Positions 1-13,198 of a stretch of 64,000 nucleotides of DNA are shown piece by piece. A program made the translations under genes and the position numbers. Under the pieces are notes generated by a model. That model was not told the origin of the DNA. It saw only the letters and a list, made by a program, of their open reading frames with translations, and made no database searches. This stretch comes from Podarcis liolepis (taxonomy: Eukaryota): the NCBI GenBank assembly GCA_965112155.1, contig OZ218110.1; one strand, 5' to 3'. The first letter of the stretch is position 1. The number at the start of each line of letters is the position of its first letter.

Positions 1-549
1 GTTTACTGCCTGTGACAGATTCTCCAGGGCCAACAACACCAGGAGCCTCAAAGGTCTGCCTGCTCCCTTTCCTGTACGCGAGTTGGGGCCACAGCTCAGC
101 GTGCAGAATGCCTTGGCGCCAGTCCTTTGCATCTCCACTTAAAAGGGACCAGGCAGCAAGTGATGGGAAAGAACCCTGGTCAGATAACACAAATACACTT
201 CAGCTGGTGTTAAGGCAACTCCCTGGGTTCTCTCACTAAGCCCACTCTGCAGAAGCCAGAAACCACACGTCCCTACAGCTCGTTTCTGCCCGTTGTCTGT
301 CTCTAGTCTCAGAACCAATCTCTTTATTTTTCAAATTATTCTTTTCCCACTGCAAGTCAGGGATGGGGAAGCTGTGTCCCCCCCCCCGGGCTTTGGGTGG
401 ATTGCAGCCCCCAAACGCCTCGGCCGAGGCAGGTGGGGGGGTCCCAATCCAACCAGCCTCTTAAAGGAGAGGGGCCACAGCCCTCCCACCCCCGCCGCCA
501 GCCCTGCCGCTTAAAAAATGAACCCCGCTGCCTCCCAGTCCCCGCTTAC

Positions 550-3500
550 CTTGAGTGGTTTGAGGGACTCCAAGCCTGCTCCTGGCTCAACCCCCTCCTC
601 CCCGGCTTTCTTGCCCCTCCCTCTCCCCCGGCCACGGGGCTTCTTGGTGCCATCGTGAGCCACGCCATGGGGCGGTTCAGTCAGGGGCCGGATGCGGGGC
701 CTCCCGCGGGGTCGGGGCGGGCCCTCCCGCTTGGGCTTGGTCGGCTTGCGGCCCCGGCGCTTGGGCCCTTCCAGGAGGCCGCTGTTGGGCGGGCAGAAGT
801 CTATGTCGCCCATGGGGCTGAGGCTGGTGCGGTTGGTCCGGCAGCTGGAGATGAGATCCGGCAGCAGGTCCGGCAGGCGGCGGCTGTTGAGGCGGATGTC
901 GGCCGGGACGTCCTCCTTGTCCTCGTCATCTTCGAACTCGTACTCCTGGGCGTAGTTCTTCTTGGGCGGCTGGAAGGGGGGCTCCCGCTTCTTGAGCAGG
1001 TGGAAGGACGAGGTCTTCAGCAGCTTCTTGGGCTTGGACGAGCAGAAGATGGGCGACGTCAGGCCAGACTTGGACTCCGAGACGGGGGCCGTCCCGTGCT
1101 GCCCTGACTGGATCAAGCCCAGCTGCTCTGTGTTGACCGTCGAAGGCAGCTCATGCTTCACAGAGACAGAGTCCAGGCCCAAGTGCTGCCCATCTCCGCT
1201 CTCTGACTGGCAGTAGCTCTGGTAGCCTTGCCCCCCTTGCATCATGTCGTAGCCTCCGCCTTTCATGCCCTCTCCCCTCTCCATGCCTTGGGTCCCGTCG
1301 TCCGGCTTGGGGAACTCGTCTCCGGCGCAAGGAGGAGGCCCGAACATGTCCTCCATGCCCGGGAAGAAGCTGCGGTCCTCATCTTGCAGCAAAGAGTCCG
1401 GGAAGCAGATGGAGGTGAGGGGGACAAAGCGCTGCTTGGCCCCCTGCGGGCTGGGGCTTTCAAACTGGTCCTTGCCCTCCAGCTGGCCCTGAGGGACCTG
1501 CTGGGAGGAGTCGGGGTCCAGGCCGGCGTCGGGCAGGAGGTGCTGCTGGTTCTGGACCGAGCCACTCTGCCCCAGGTGAGACTCCAGACTCAGCTCAGGC
1601 TCCAGGAAGTCCTGGATCTCCTGAGACTGGGAAAGGTTGCCTTGGGGCATCACCTCCATGCCCTCCGACTGCATCCTCTCCTGCTGCAGCTGGCCCTGGA
1701 GCTGCGGCGACTGCTGCGGCTCCAGCAGCTGCGCCTCCATGCTCTGCGAGCGCACATGCGCCTGGTGCAGGTGGGCTTCCAGCGCCTGCATCTGGAGCTG
1801 TGGAGAGGGCGCCTCGGCCTGGTGCATGCGCTGCGGCTCCATCAGGTGGACGTCCAGCGGGGTGCGCACCTTCCCGCGCGAGTGCAGCTGGCTCTGTGTG
1901 TGAGTGAGCACCGACTGGAGCAGCTGGGATTGTTGTTGCTGTTGCTGCTGCTGCGAGAGGGAGAGCGGGGGCAGGTCGGGAGGGGAGTCCAACATCAAAG
2001 CACCCCCCTGCTGCCCGGACATCATCCCGTGAGGCTCCATGGGGTGCGGCTGGGGGGCGTGCTCCGGGGTCTTCTGCAGGTATGAGTGTGCTTGCGATAT
2101 CTCCTTGCCCCCCGTGTCCATGTGTCCTCCCTGGAGGTGCTGCTCAACCGACTTCTTGATCTCCTGCCCGTAGGAGTCCATGGAGCCGGTTTGGTGGCTG
2201 TAGTGGACCACGGAGGTGGCCAGGGACTCTGGCGTCGAGCGCGTGTGCGAATACTCCTTCTGCCGCTCCCCTTTCTTCTTGTCCTTGAGGCCCTGCAGGG
2301 ACATCTCGAGGCCTTGGTTGTCCAGATTGGAGTTGGTCCGGATGACACTCTGCAGGTGGTAGCGTTCCTCCGTCTTGCTCAGCTCATAGCCCATCCCCTT
2401 CCCGGCCCTCTCTTCGCACTCCACCATGCCCTCGGGGGGCACGCGGGGTGGGCTCTGCGACTGCAGCAAGTGCTGGATCAGGAACTCCTCATCCTCCGTC
2501 CGCTCCGAGGACAGCAGGTCCGAGTCGGTCTTGGATTTCCCGTAGGACGCTGCCCTCTCCAGCCCTCCCTGGGAACTCTGGTAGCTCTGGGTGTGGGCCG
2601 ACTGCATGAACGAAGGAGACAGCACGGAGGTGAGGTACTTCTGAGACTGCCCGGGCGACGCCACGCTCTGGGGCCGGTTCGTGGTGGGCGACTGGAGGGG
2701 CCGGATGATCTGTGAAGGGCTCGAGTCCGGGAGGCTCTGACTGTGTGAGTAGCCGATGGACTGGCTGTGCCCTGGCATGGCTGGCGAGTGGCCGGTGCTG
2801 TAGCTCAGCGACGGGCTGGCCGTGGGCATCCCCTGCGAGTGAGCCGGCACGTAGCTCGGCGTCTGGCTAACGGAGACATGAGGCTCGGCCTGGACGCTGT
2901 ATGACAGGCCCTGGAGCTGCTCTGGCGAGTAAGTCTGATTCTGACAGGTCTGCAGCCCTTGCCCGCCCTGCCCGGCCTGGCCCTGCTGGGCCTGCCCTGT
3001 CGTTGAGTAGCTCTGCGCCTTGCTCACGCTTGTGAGGTCTTGGGCCTGGCTGCTGCTGAAGCCTTGTGAGGCCTGGCTGACCGAAGACAGGTTCTGCGGC
3101 TGGCTGACTGAGTAGCTCTGCGTTTGGCTCATAGAGAGCAGGCTCTGGGGCTGCCCGGGCGAATAGGCCTGCGACTGGCTCGCGATGACGGAGCTGGGCT
3201 TAGGAGTGGATGAGCTGTAGTTGCTTTGGCACTTGGGCGTGGCGGTGGAGCGTGGCGGCTGGCGGGAGGCTGAGTAGCTCTTGGACTTGGAAGAGGAGGC
3301 CGTGCCAGAGTAGCCGGGGGACTGGATGATGGGGCGGTAGCTTTGGGAGGGCTCTTGCCGCGTGGCCTGGGAGGTCTTCTGCTGCTGCGAGCCCTCGCTG
3401 CTGGCGGGCGACTGCTCGCCCAAGGGGCTGCACGAAAGACTGGAACGGTGGGGCATCTGCTGGTAGCTGCCCCCACAGCTCAGGTAGTGCTGGAGGGAAT

Positions 3501-4028
3501 GGGCGGCGGGCAGCTGGGGCTGGGCACTGGAGGGCCTCTGGTAATGCTTGATGACACTGTCCTGGCGCGGGATGGCCCTGTCGATGGAGGAGGCGGGCGA
3601 GCTGGAGAAGACGGAGGTGTTGTACAGCTGGGATGTCTGGTCGGAGGGCCCCAGCGAGGACGACAGGAGGTTGAACTGGGAGGGCAGGTGGCGGGAAGCC
3701 GACTCTTGAGCGCTGCGGTACGCTGAGCTCTGGGAGGGCAAGCCCGTGCCCAGCACTGCACTGCCCAGCCGGTCAAAGCTGAGGGAGGAAGGGACGCTGG
3801 GCTGGGAGGACTTGATGTGCAGCAGGGGGTCATGTGGGGACAAGAGGCCGTTGGAGGTGGGGCTGAAGGTGGCATCCTGCAGGGTGAGCGAGGAAGTGAC
3901 CGGGAAGCTGCGCCCGCTGAAGGAGGCTGGGTGCTGGTAAGCGGAGAGTGCCGACGAGGAGGGGAAGGTGCCGGAGCCTGGGAGGGCCCCCGAGATGAAG
4001 AGCTCGGCGGGCGCTGGAGTGTGCATGG
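550..4028 (-). CDS. PRR12: PRR12 coding exon 4 (3479-nt Ser/Gln-rich exon ending in AT-hook region); gene continues beyond position 1
   Basis: Acceptor TTGCAG|CC ATG CAC, donor CTCAAG|GTAAG. Translation [37 protein letters not shown]...[12 protein letters not shown]...[27 protein letters not shown]...PRGRPRIRP...KPLK matches PRR12. Phase fits exon 3. Confidence 0.95.
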
Positions 4029-4459
4029 CTGCAAGAAACAAAGGCATCGGATTAGTTGGATTTCTCGGCACAGAGCTGCAGGATTTGCAAGGCACTGACA
4101 CGGGAGGCGGGGGGTAAAGGCACAGAGCTTGGCCTACTCACAAGAGGAGGAGTAAGCTGTGCCCAAAGAGTCAACAAAACACGCTCCTAAAAGGCATGTT
4201 GAGGCAGGCTGGCCTTGTGCCTCATTGTTGAGACAGGGTTTCTGCGATGCAGGATACAGCTCAGCAATAAGAGCATGTGATTTGCATGCAGAAGCTTCCA
4301 TGTTCGCTCCCAATAAGATCAGGAGCAGGTACAGATTATGGGAAAGGCTTCTTGCCTTGGGAAGCTGGGATCAAGAGTCATGACCCAACGCTACAGGTGA
4401 CCCCTGCTCAAGAGATGACACTCTACCACCTGGTCCCTCCCATCAGAGGTTGTTGTTGT

Positions 4460-4893
4460 TAATATGCCACCCATCTCCCATCTGACTGGGTTACCCCAGC
4501 CACTCTTGGTTACTTCCAACACACATAAAAACATAATATAGCATCAAACATTAAAAACCTCCCTATACAGGACTGCCTTCAGATGTCTTCTAAAAGTCAG
4601 TTAGCTGTTTATCTCCTTGACATCTGATGGGAGGGCTTTTCATGGGGCAGGCACCACCACCCAGAAGTCTTCTGCCTGGTTCCCTGTAACCTCACTTCTT
4701 GCAGAGAAGGAACCACCAAAAGGCCCTTGGAGCTGGATCTCGGTGTCCGGGCTGAACAATGGGGGTGGAGTCGCCCCTTCAGGTATGCAGAGCCAAAGCC
4801 GTTTAAGGCTTTAAAGGTCAAAACCAACACTTTGAATTGTGCTCGGAAACGTACTGGGAGCCAATGCAGATCCTTTAAGACTGGTGTTATATG
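4460..4893 (-). mobile_element. L2 LINE 3' fragment
   Basis: VLTFKALNG..P/S.YL motif and 3' UTR shared with the other L2 copies in the window. Confidence 0.75.
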
Positions 4894-4902
4894 AACATTT
4901 AA

Positions 4903-5253
4903 GGGACAAGGGTGGCACTGTGGGTTAAACCACAGAGCCTAGGACTTGTCGATCAGAAGGTCGGCGGTTCGAATCCCCGCGACGGGGTGAGCTCCCGTTG
5001 CTCGGTCCCTGCTCCTGCCAACCTAGCAGTTTGAAAGCACGTCAAAGTGCAAGAAGATAAATAGGTACCGCTCTGGCAGGAAGGTAAACGGCGTTTCCGT
5101 ACGCTGCTCTGGTTCGCCAGAAGTGGCTTAGTCATGCTGGCCACATGACCCGGAAGCTGTACGCCGGCTCCCTCGGCCTATAGAGCGAGATGAGCGCCGC
5201 AACCCCAGAGCCGTCCGCGACTGGACCTAATGGTCAGGGGTCCCTTTACCTTT
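4903..5253 (+). mobile_element. Sauria/Squam1-type SINE
   Basis: GGGAC..GGTGGC.CTGTGGGTTAAACC head, ACCTTT tail, TSD tatatgaacat. Confidence 0.9.
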
Positions 5254-5255
5254 AT

Positions 5256-5460
5256 ATGAACATAAGAATAGAAGAGTCCTGCTGGACCAGGCCAATGGCC
5301 CATCTAGTCCAGCATCCTGTTCTCACAGTGGCCAACCAGATGCCTGTAGGAAGCCTGCAAGCAGGACATGAGCACAAGAGCATTCTGCCCACCTGTGATT
5401 CCCAGTAACTGGTGTTCAGAGGCATAGTGCTCCGACAGTGGAGGTAAAACAAAGCCACCA
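5256..5460 (-). mobile_element. CR1 LINE 3' end (related copies near 7733-7890 and 10475-10665)
   Basis: AACATAAGAA..CTGCTGGA.CAGGCCAATGGCCCATCTAGTCCAGCATCCTG, the reverse of the CR1 tail. Confidence 0.65.
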
Positions 5461-5578
5461 TGCGTTTTGTGCACCAGTGCATCAACAAAAGCCCCCTCGT
5501 GAAAGCTCAGCCCAGCCCACGATGAGCAAAAGGCCCCTGTCCTTTCTGTGCCACCGGAAGGTGTGCTGGGGTAGTTAC

Positions 5579-5740
5579 CTGTTTGCCAGGATGGGGTGCG
5601 GAACTGGGAGAGCAGGGAAGAGGCAGAAGGGCCCGGCTGAGGGGCCCGAGACTCCAGCGCTGAGATGAGATTCATGACAGAGGCGTCCGGGGTGGCACTG
5701 CTGGCATGATGGAGCCCTGTCTCGAACAGGCCAGAGAGAC
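5579..5740 (-). CDS. PRR12: PRR12 coding exon 3 (162 nt)
   Basis: CCCCAG|GT CTC ... CAA ACA G|GTAAC; encodes [54 protein letters not shown]. Confidence 0.96.
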
Positions 5741-5929
5741 CTGGGGGGGGGGGGAAACGAGAACGAGAAAGGAGGTCAGGGGCCGAAGTACAGCAAGAAA
5801 GAAAAGATAGATCCGAAGTGGAGAGGCTTTTTCTACCCGAGGGCCGCATTCCATTCGAGGCAACAATCCAAGGGCCACATGATAGTGGTAGGAATAGCCA
5901 GAGGCAAATCTGGGCAGAGCAACAAATGT

Positions 5930-6455
5930 AAAAAAAAAAAGCCAAAACATTTTCATTAATTTTCCAAATTTCAACAAATCAACCACAAATTAAAATAAAT
6001 TCAATTTTCCAAAATAGGTTTCCTGCAGTCTGTTCTCGATGTGTCCATAATATTGTCTTGTTGCTGCTTGATTTTCCCAATTATTTCTAATTCATATTCC
6101 ATTCCCAACAGTTAACCTTATATTACAATATTTTTTGTCATTTTTTTCTTTAGCCATCAGCTATCCATTTGCCAATTCCTGCACGTACAATATTATAACA
6201 TTTCGGATATCTAGAAGTGAGTTTGCTCATCAAATTGTCAATCCACAAAAGATCAATAATTATTTCTAAAATAAATTTCCTTTCCTTCATTCTGAGTGTA
6301 TGAAAACCTAATAGTTCACTTTCTTTAGATGTTTTCCCTTTACTTCTTAACTGCACAGCCCACTTTGTCCAAGATTTTTCCTGTCCCATCCTCCTTAATT
6401 TTCAGTCCATGTAAATTTTATCTTGGCAAATTAAATCTTTGTAAATAAAATGTGG
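5930..6455 (-). mobile_element. Degenerate AT-rich LINE-like fragment (homologue at about 30120-30720, + strand)
   Basis: Shares ggaaa..aattt.ttttagaaat.attatt...ttgtggatt...actcactt.tagatat with the 30.2-kb copy. Confidence 0.5.
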
Positions 6456-7093
6456 ATTTTATCTTTGTACTGTAGGCTAGTTTCTATGCACGCCCCTCTC
6501 TGTCTTCCATCCAGGAAACAGAAGGCATTATCAAAGTTCAATGACATTTTCCAGCAGGGCAAAACCTTTCTGCGTATGAAAGCAAGCCAGTGAAGAGTGT
6601 GGGTCAGGGGACAGAGAAGAGAGTTTTGAGGGCCGCAGTTGGTCTCCGGGCCTGAAGTGCCAAATCGCCTGATACAGAAGGGGAGCACCACTTTGAACAG
6701 ACAGGAGAGCCTCGAGACAGACAGTGGTACGGAGCAGCAAAAGGATGAAGAAACATTGGTACCATTAGAAGACACACCAACCACAGAGGGTTGGGGGTGG
6801 GGTTTTTTTTAGTTTGTTTGTTTTGGTGGTGAAGGGGAGACTCAGCCAAGAGTGAGGCATGCACAGACAGAAGGGGAAGAAATGAGAAGTTATAGACAGC
6901 TAGACAGGTGGCTGCTAAGGGAGAGGGGAGAAGTCAGAAAAAGCAGGAAATGAAGGACAAATGAGGAACTGAGACAAAACTGATGGGCTGGAAGGTCAGA
7001 AAACTGGCTCTGGTGGAAACTCATAAACTGAGGGCCAAATTATAATTTACATTGGCCAGACTGTTTCTTTTTGTGTGCTGAGCACAGGCACGT

Positions 7094-7513
7094 TACTGTA
7101 TTTTTCCGTGTATAAGACGATATTTTTTCCTTAGAAGTAGTAGGCAAAAATTGTGGGCGTCTTATACACGGACAGCAGAGGGGGGACGGGCAATTGGTGG
7201 CAGCAGCCAGCAGGAGATTGGCAGCGGCGACTGGGCGTGTGATTGGTTGCTGCAGCAAGGCCTGCTGATGATTGGCTTTGGCTGTGACAACTGGCCGGTC
7301 TATTTACGACAGCGGCGAGTCGTGCGTGCAATCGGCTGTGGTTGGGTCAAGTGGGCTTTCAGCAGTTAGCGTGCTGACGATTGGTGGAAATCTCCCCCCC
7401 CCAAAAAAGTTCAACAACTCTGGGCAATCTCTCTCCCCTCCATTTTTGTTGTGGTCCCCAGAAACAGAAGTCGTCTTATACATGGGAGGTGTTATACATG
7501 GAAAAATACGGTA
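7094..7513. mobile_element. Tc2/pogo-like non-autonomous element
   Basis: TA-CTGTATTTTTCCGTGTATAA ... TTATACATGGAAAAATACGG-TA. Confidence 0.75.
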
Positions 7514-8115
7514 CTTCTTGATCGAAATCAACAGCAGTGGGGACTGGGAAAGAGAAGCGTGGTTTCTTTGTTCTAGAAAATTAATAGCTTTGGGCGGAGA
7601 GGCAGGGAAAGGGCATGGAGAAAAGGATTAGATCCCCTTTCTCCCAGGCCACAGTTCTGATCTGGATTCCCCTCCTCTGCTTTGGGTTAAAAGAGAATGT
7701 CCTGCGCGCTAAGCACATTTTAAAAAATGCTGTAAGAGGAAGAGCCCTTCTGGATCTGACTCATCTAATTCAGCACCCTGCTCTCAAGAGCAGCCAACCA
7801 GATGCCCGTGGGAAGTCCGCAAGCAGGACTTGAGTTCAGGAGCACCCTACTCTCTTGTGGTTCGCAGCAATTGCATTTCAGAAGTACCATTGAATGCATC
7901 ACTGTAACCTGAATTCGCCCCGAAAGCGTAGGGCAAAAGGAGTGCAATCAAGGTGAACCAGGGGAAGAGAACGTAGGCATGACGGCCATTCACACTTGCA
8001 CGAGAAGGACGAACGCACAGCGAGAGGGGAGAGGAGGAAGGAAGGGGAGGCTTGGTTAAAACACATGTGCATAAAGAGAAACACCAATGGAGAGAGAGAA
8101 ACAGAACCACAGTAC

Positions 8116-8228
8116 CTGCCGGGTGGTGGTTTGTGGCGTAGCCCTGCAGAGGATGGGGGGTGGCGTACGCCTGGCGGTGCAAGATATCCGTGTCTGGGTG
8201 TGAGCTCCGGGATCCACCGTACACCAGG
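8116..8228 (-). CDS. PRR12: PRR12 coding exon 2 (113 nt)
   Basis: TTCAG|C CTG GTG TAC ... CCG GCA G|GTACT; encodes [39 protein letters not shown]. Confidence 0.96.
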
Positions 8229-9404
8229 CTGAAGGACAAAGACACACAGAAAAGACTTGGTCAGACTTGGCAACTTCTCTGGGAATGTGGCTGAGATCTT
8301 TTGACGCACTTCACACAGTTTGGACATCCTGATTATATGCACAAAAGGTTTCATGCAAAGCTTATCAGCGGAAAGCCTGGTAGTGGCTGAGGTCAAGGAA
8401 CCCAATTATACGAGATTCTTTAATTTTGAGTGCGCAGAAATGTGGGGTCTAGCACATGAGCTCTAGATTTCAGAACCCTGCTTGGCTATTAACTTTCTAG
8501 GTGACATTGCGCAGCCATGGGCGTGAGCTCCTCACCCATAAAATGGGCACACCAATGCCCTCATTCGAGAGGAACGAAATAATGACATTAAGCCAAAACA
8601 CGCATTGAGCCAAAACACAGTTGATACTGAAACCCCACAGGCACCAGGAGGTGGTTTTGCCTTGCCTTGTTTAGATGCTTGGGAAAAAGATCAAGGCACC
8701 TCCTCCCACTACCCCACTCTATCCTCTTTCATTAGCAACTCACATAGGCAGCAAAAGAGACTGGAATGTGTAACCAGTGATGCATGATGGGAAATGTAGT
8801 CCCCACCTCCTGGTTTCCCACAGCCTCTGCATGTGACCCGCATCCCTTCCTCTCCCCTGCCTTGCACAGGAAGACGCAGCTGTCTAGCCCAGCGGCCAAA
8901 ACGCAGCAATCGCAGCTTGCAGAAGAACGCCCCTCATTCCTGACCTCCTTCTTCAGCTGTAGGTGCTGCTGAGATCTCTCTCTCTTTCCTTATCTGCAAC
9001 CCAGCCAGTTCAGCCCTGCTCCTGACTCTTGTCCTTTACCTGAAATTCTTCTTCCCTTCACACACATACACACATTTCCGCCTTGGATGATTTGTAGAAA
9101 TATTCTTACACACACGCACTCTTAAAAAAAACGACCAGGTCAAGAAAACTGAGAGCTCCAAAGGCCTTGCTTCCAGCTCCCTGCTCTAAGCTGCAAAAAT
9201 CCCCTTTCCCAGGCCCTGCCTCTTAAGCACCTGCTCTAAACCACTGGATTTTACCACCACTTTAAAAGAGAAAAAGTCAGCACTCTCCCATTGCCCCCAC
9301 CCCAAATACATGTGCCCAGCTGACAGTTCAGCTGCTCTTATCAGAAATCACAGGTGCTAGAGCTCCCAACCGCTTGGATTTAACACACTTATAATTTAAT
9401 CCTA

Positions 9405-9625
9405 TACAGTGGTACCTCCGGTTACAGATGCTTCAGGTTACAGACTCTGCTAACCCAGAAATAGTACCTCGGGTTAAGAACTTTGCTTCAGGATGAGAAC
9501 AGAAATCACGCGGCGGTGGCGTGGGAGGCCCCATTAGCTAAAGTGGTGTCTCAGGTTAATAACAGTTTCCGGTTAAGAACAGACCTCTGGAACGAATTAA
9601 GTTCTTAACCTGAGGTACCACTGTA
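9405..9625. mobile_element. Tc1/mariner-pogo MITE family A
   Basis: TA-CAGTGGTACCTC...GAGGTACCACTG-TA TIRs and TA TSD. Confidence 0.85.
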
Positions 9626-11578
9626 CAGGCTACTCCAAAGTAAGTCCCACTGAAGTGAATGGGGCTAAGAGGGTACAGCACCGCACCCTAAACCGGAGGC
9701 AGCTATTCACTTGGGGCAGTAAATAACGTGGCAGAAGGGCCTGGTACGCCACACAGGTTTGCCAAGATTTATTGGTGGGGGGAGGTATTCCTTCACAAAA
9801 CACCCGCCACTCTCCCAGCTTTCTGTACACAACACCCAGGCCATGCTCTCTCTCTTTCCGTACTCCCTTTGGGAAACACTTCATGTGCCTAATTATGTAC
9901 AACGCTGCCACTCCCCTCCTCCCAGCGCCAAACCAACCTGCCACCGTTACTTATTTTCTGAAATGTGGCACATGCCTCGACACACACGCACATAATTATG
10001 CACGTGCCGTGCAGGAAACGCAAGCACAGCTTTGGGACAAGAGAAGCCACATGGGGTGTGCACCCCTCTTTGCAGGGAGGAATCCAGGTGGTACGAGTGA
10101 TCCTGGTAGCAGCAGCAAGCGCGCCTGTCTCAGGAATGCAGCTACCTGCTAGCGGGCGGGGAGACTCGCAGGGAGCTACAGAGGTTGCAATGCGAAAGTG
10201 AGGCAGGGAGAGCAAGGAAGGAGTCGGCTGGCCATGAAAGCAGGCAACCCGCCCCCCTTGCACACAGCATGCCTGCCTGCAGCCGAGGGATGGCCTGCGC
10301 TGTAGCAACCACGAGAGGGCCATTCTGCGAAGGGTTACAGGAAACAGGAAATAAGAGAGTCTTTCATTCACCCTCATCACTGTCTCGCTTGCTACAGAGC
10401 ACTGTGTCAACAGCTGAATGGAAAACCATCCCGAGGCAGAGAAAGAGATAGACGCACACAAACGTAAACAAATCTTGCCAGGTCAGGCCAGTGGCCCGTC
10501 TAGTCCAGCGTCCTGTTCCTACAGGGGCCGAATAGTTGCCTGGAAGGAAGCAGCAAGCAAGGTTTAGGCACAAGAGCACTCTATCCTCCTGTGATTTCCA
10601 GCAACTGGTGTTCAGAGGCATTGCTGCCTCCAACTGTGGAGGTAAGAGCACAGCCGTCATGGCGAATAGAAATCAAGCCTCCCTCGGTGACGGCTAGCAC
10701 AGAACAGAGAACTCTCCCAATTCTGCACTAAGCGCTGATTCCTCACTTCAGCAGACAGTAGCTGATGGGGAAAGCCCTCTTGGCAGAGATGGCAAAGCAA
10801 ATGCACATCATACCAGTGAACTCTAGTAATGGCAGAAAGATTCAGATGATTGGATCCACACACGAGACATGCTCCGTTCAGGTGTCTGCAGAAGGAGGTA
10901 ATTCTGCTCTACTGTATACCATTTTCAGTTGCGGTATAGTAACACTTTTAATTTGCAGGAGTGCTTTACGACCTCTGTTAAATTCACTCTCACAACAACC
11001 CAGTTAGGCAGGCCACTGATGTTCCTATTGCACAGAGCCTGGGGATTGAGTCTGAGAGTGTGTGACTTTTCCGAGGCCACACAATAAACGCAAAACATGG
11101 GTCAACGCTTGAGTTCAGGGCCCCCAGGCCGAAACACCACCTATCCAAGCCCTCTCCCTGCTCAGGACACTGGATCTTGCCTACAAGGCCTGCCACTAAT
11201 AAGCTACACAGCTCCTGGCAGAAGGAAAGAGGTCGCACCCTTCCAGCAACAGCTGATAAACCACTGGACCTCTGGGAGCTGTGAGAGGATGCTGAGCAAA
11301 CCAGTGGCTCTTGCTTATTGAGCCACAGTTTCCCTCACCTGTAACTGAGGAAGATGAGTGACCTGTTTCCCAGAGTAGCTTGAGGATGATGAATGATGTT
11401 AAGGACAAATCCTTTGTGGCAGAGAGGGCTACAAACCTAACACTGGGCCCACTTGCAATATACATTCAAAGCAGTATCATACCACTTAAAATTGTCATGG
11501 CTTGCCCCAAAGAATCCTGGGAACTGTAGTTTGTTAAGGGCTCTGAGAGTTGTTAGGAGACTCTTATTCCCCTTACAG

Positions 11579-11716
11579 CAGGCATAGGCAAACTCCGGCC
11601 CTCCAGATGTTTTGGAACTACAATTCCCATCATCCCTGCCTAACAGGACCAGTGGTCAGCGATGATGGGAATTGTAGTCTCAAAACATCTGGAGGGCAGG
11701 AGTTTGCCTATGCCTG
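11579..11716. mobile_element. Palindromic hAT MITE nested in an older palindromic element (about 11460-11885)
   Basis: CAGGCATAGGCAAACT...AGTTTGCCTATGCCTG; 8-bp TSD ccttaca(g/a). Confidence 0.8.
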
Positions 11717-13198
11717 CCTTACAATGAGAGGCTTACTGTTAAATCACACTAAAAACCGCAGCTCTGTGAAGAGAATAAGAGTCCCCTAAAAGCTCTCAGC
11801 GTTTGTAACAGGCTACAGTTCCTAGGATTCTTTTGGGGGAAGCAAGATCTGTTAATAAAGTGGTATGATATTGCTTTAAATGTAGCCCCTGTTTTATTGC
11901 AAGAAATGCAGAACAGCAGCAAAATATCATTAGCATTAAATGCAAGCACCATGTTCACACAAACAACACTAGTTGAAACTGTTAAATACCGTTCTCTTCA
12001 CTTCTAATACAGAGAAGCTGAAGTTAGGAAGGAGAATAATATAGACTACAGTTTAAAGTGAAATAGATATCCCTACTCCTGGATTGTTTACTTAAAAAAA
12101 AACACCACCACCTATCAGAGTTGGACACCACCCCCCACCCCCTGCTTTCCAGGAAACCACAACTTAGAATACCAAGATTTCTTCCTCTCTTGCGGGGCAA
12201 TCTTTCTACAGGGATTGCTTCCAGCATCATACAGGTGGGAGTTGTGGTTATTGAGGGTTTGTAAGGAATTATTTGAGAATACACGATATGTGATTGGAGC
12301 CTAAGACGCATGTTCAGCTTTCTGTAGTGGGGAAAGGAAGAAAGGTGACGTATTCCCCAGCAGGATGCAGCCAGGCACCTGCAGAAGTGTCACCTGAAAA
12401 TTTTAACAGCAAAATAAAAGGTTACAAATGAGCATGCTTTGCCACCCTGTCTTTCTTAATATGGTATGCGTGTGTGTGGAGAAACAACAAATAAGGTAGA
12501 AGAAAACAGGAACAGAGGAAGGTGGTTGGCAAAGAAAGATAGCAGGATTTTCCCCCCAAGGAAAGGAATCAACTTGAGCTTTGTTCGAATAATCCCTAGC
12601 CCCATGAGAACTAGAAACTTGCAGTTTTTGAGAAACACACATACATGCAGGATTCCATGTAAGCTAATGGAACGTGCACTTAAGAGCTCTGGAGCCCAAT
12701 GATAGCCATAAGGTTTTGTAGATGCAACTGTACATGCATCCTTGTCCCAACCGCTTAGTTCCTCCACAGAAGCTACATGATACGCAAATACAACCATTGC
12801 AGGTGAAAATGCATTGCGCAAAGTGCACCCACAACATGACTGAAAGGACAACTGGCCCAAATGTTCTACTTGCAGAACTTTTGTATCAAAATCCATGAGT
12901 GCAGCTTGCAAGTGCATTCCCTAAATGCAGGTGTTGCAGGTGCAGCTACAAATCCAACAGCTATTGGTTAATTGTGTTCAAATACCTGCAGAGCAAGGTG
13001 TGTGATCCATGCAAAATGATGCACAGGAATAAGCAAGCCATGGACACAGGAAGTGGAGACGGTGGGGAGCGGAACTCTTAAGTTATGGTAGGATGCATCT
13101 CAGGGAGGGCAAACACAAATGTGAATGTAGTGCTGCAAGTTCAAGGGTAACATCAAGAGATTGCCAGTCCAACAACCCATATGTGGCAGGATATAAAC

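Noticed and set aside
397-2715. Long plus-strand ORFs (236, 285 and 209 aa) opposite PRR12 exon 4
   Set aside because: Antisense shadows of a GC3-rich coding exon; no recognisable protein features
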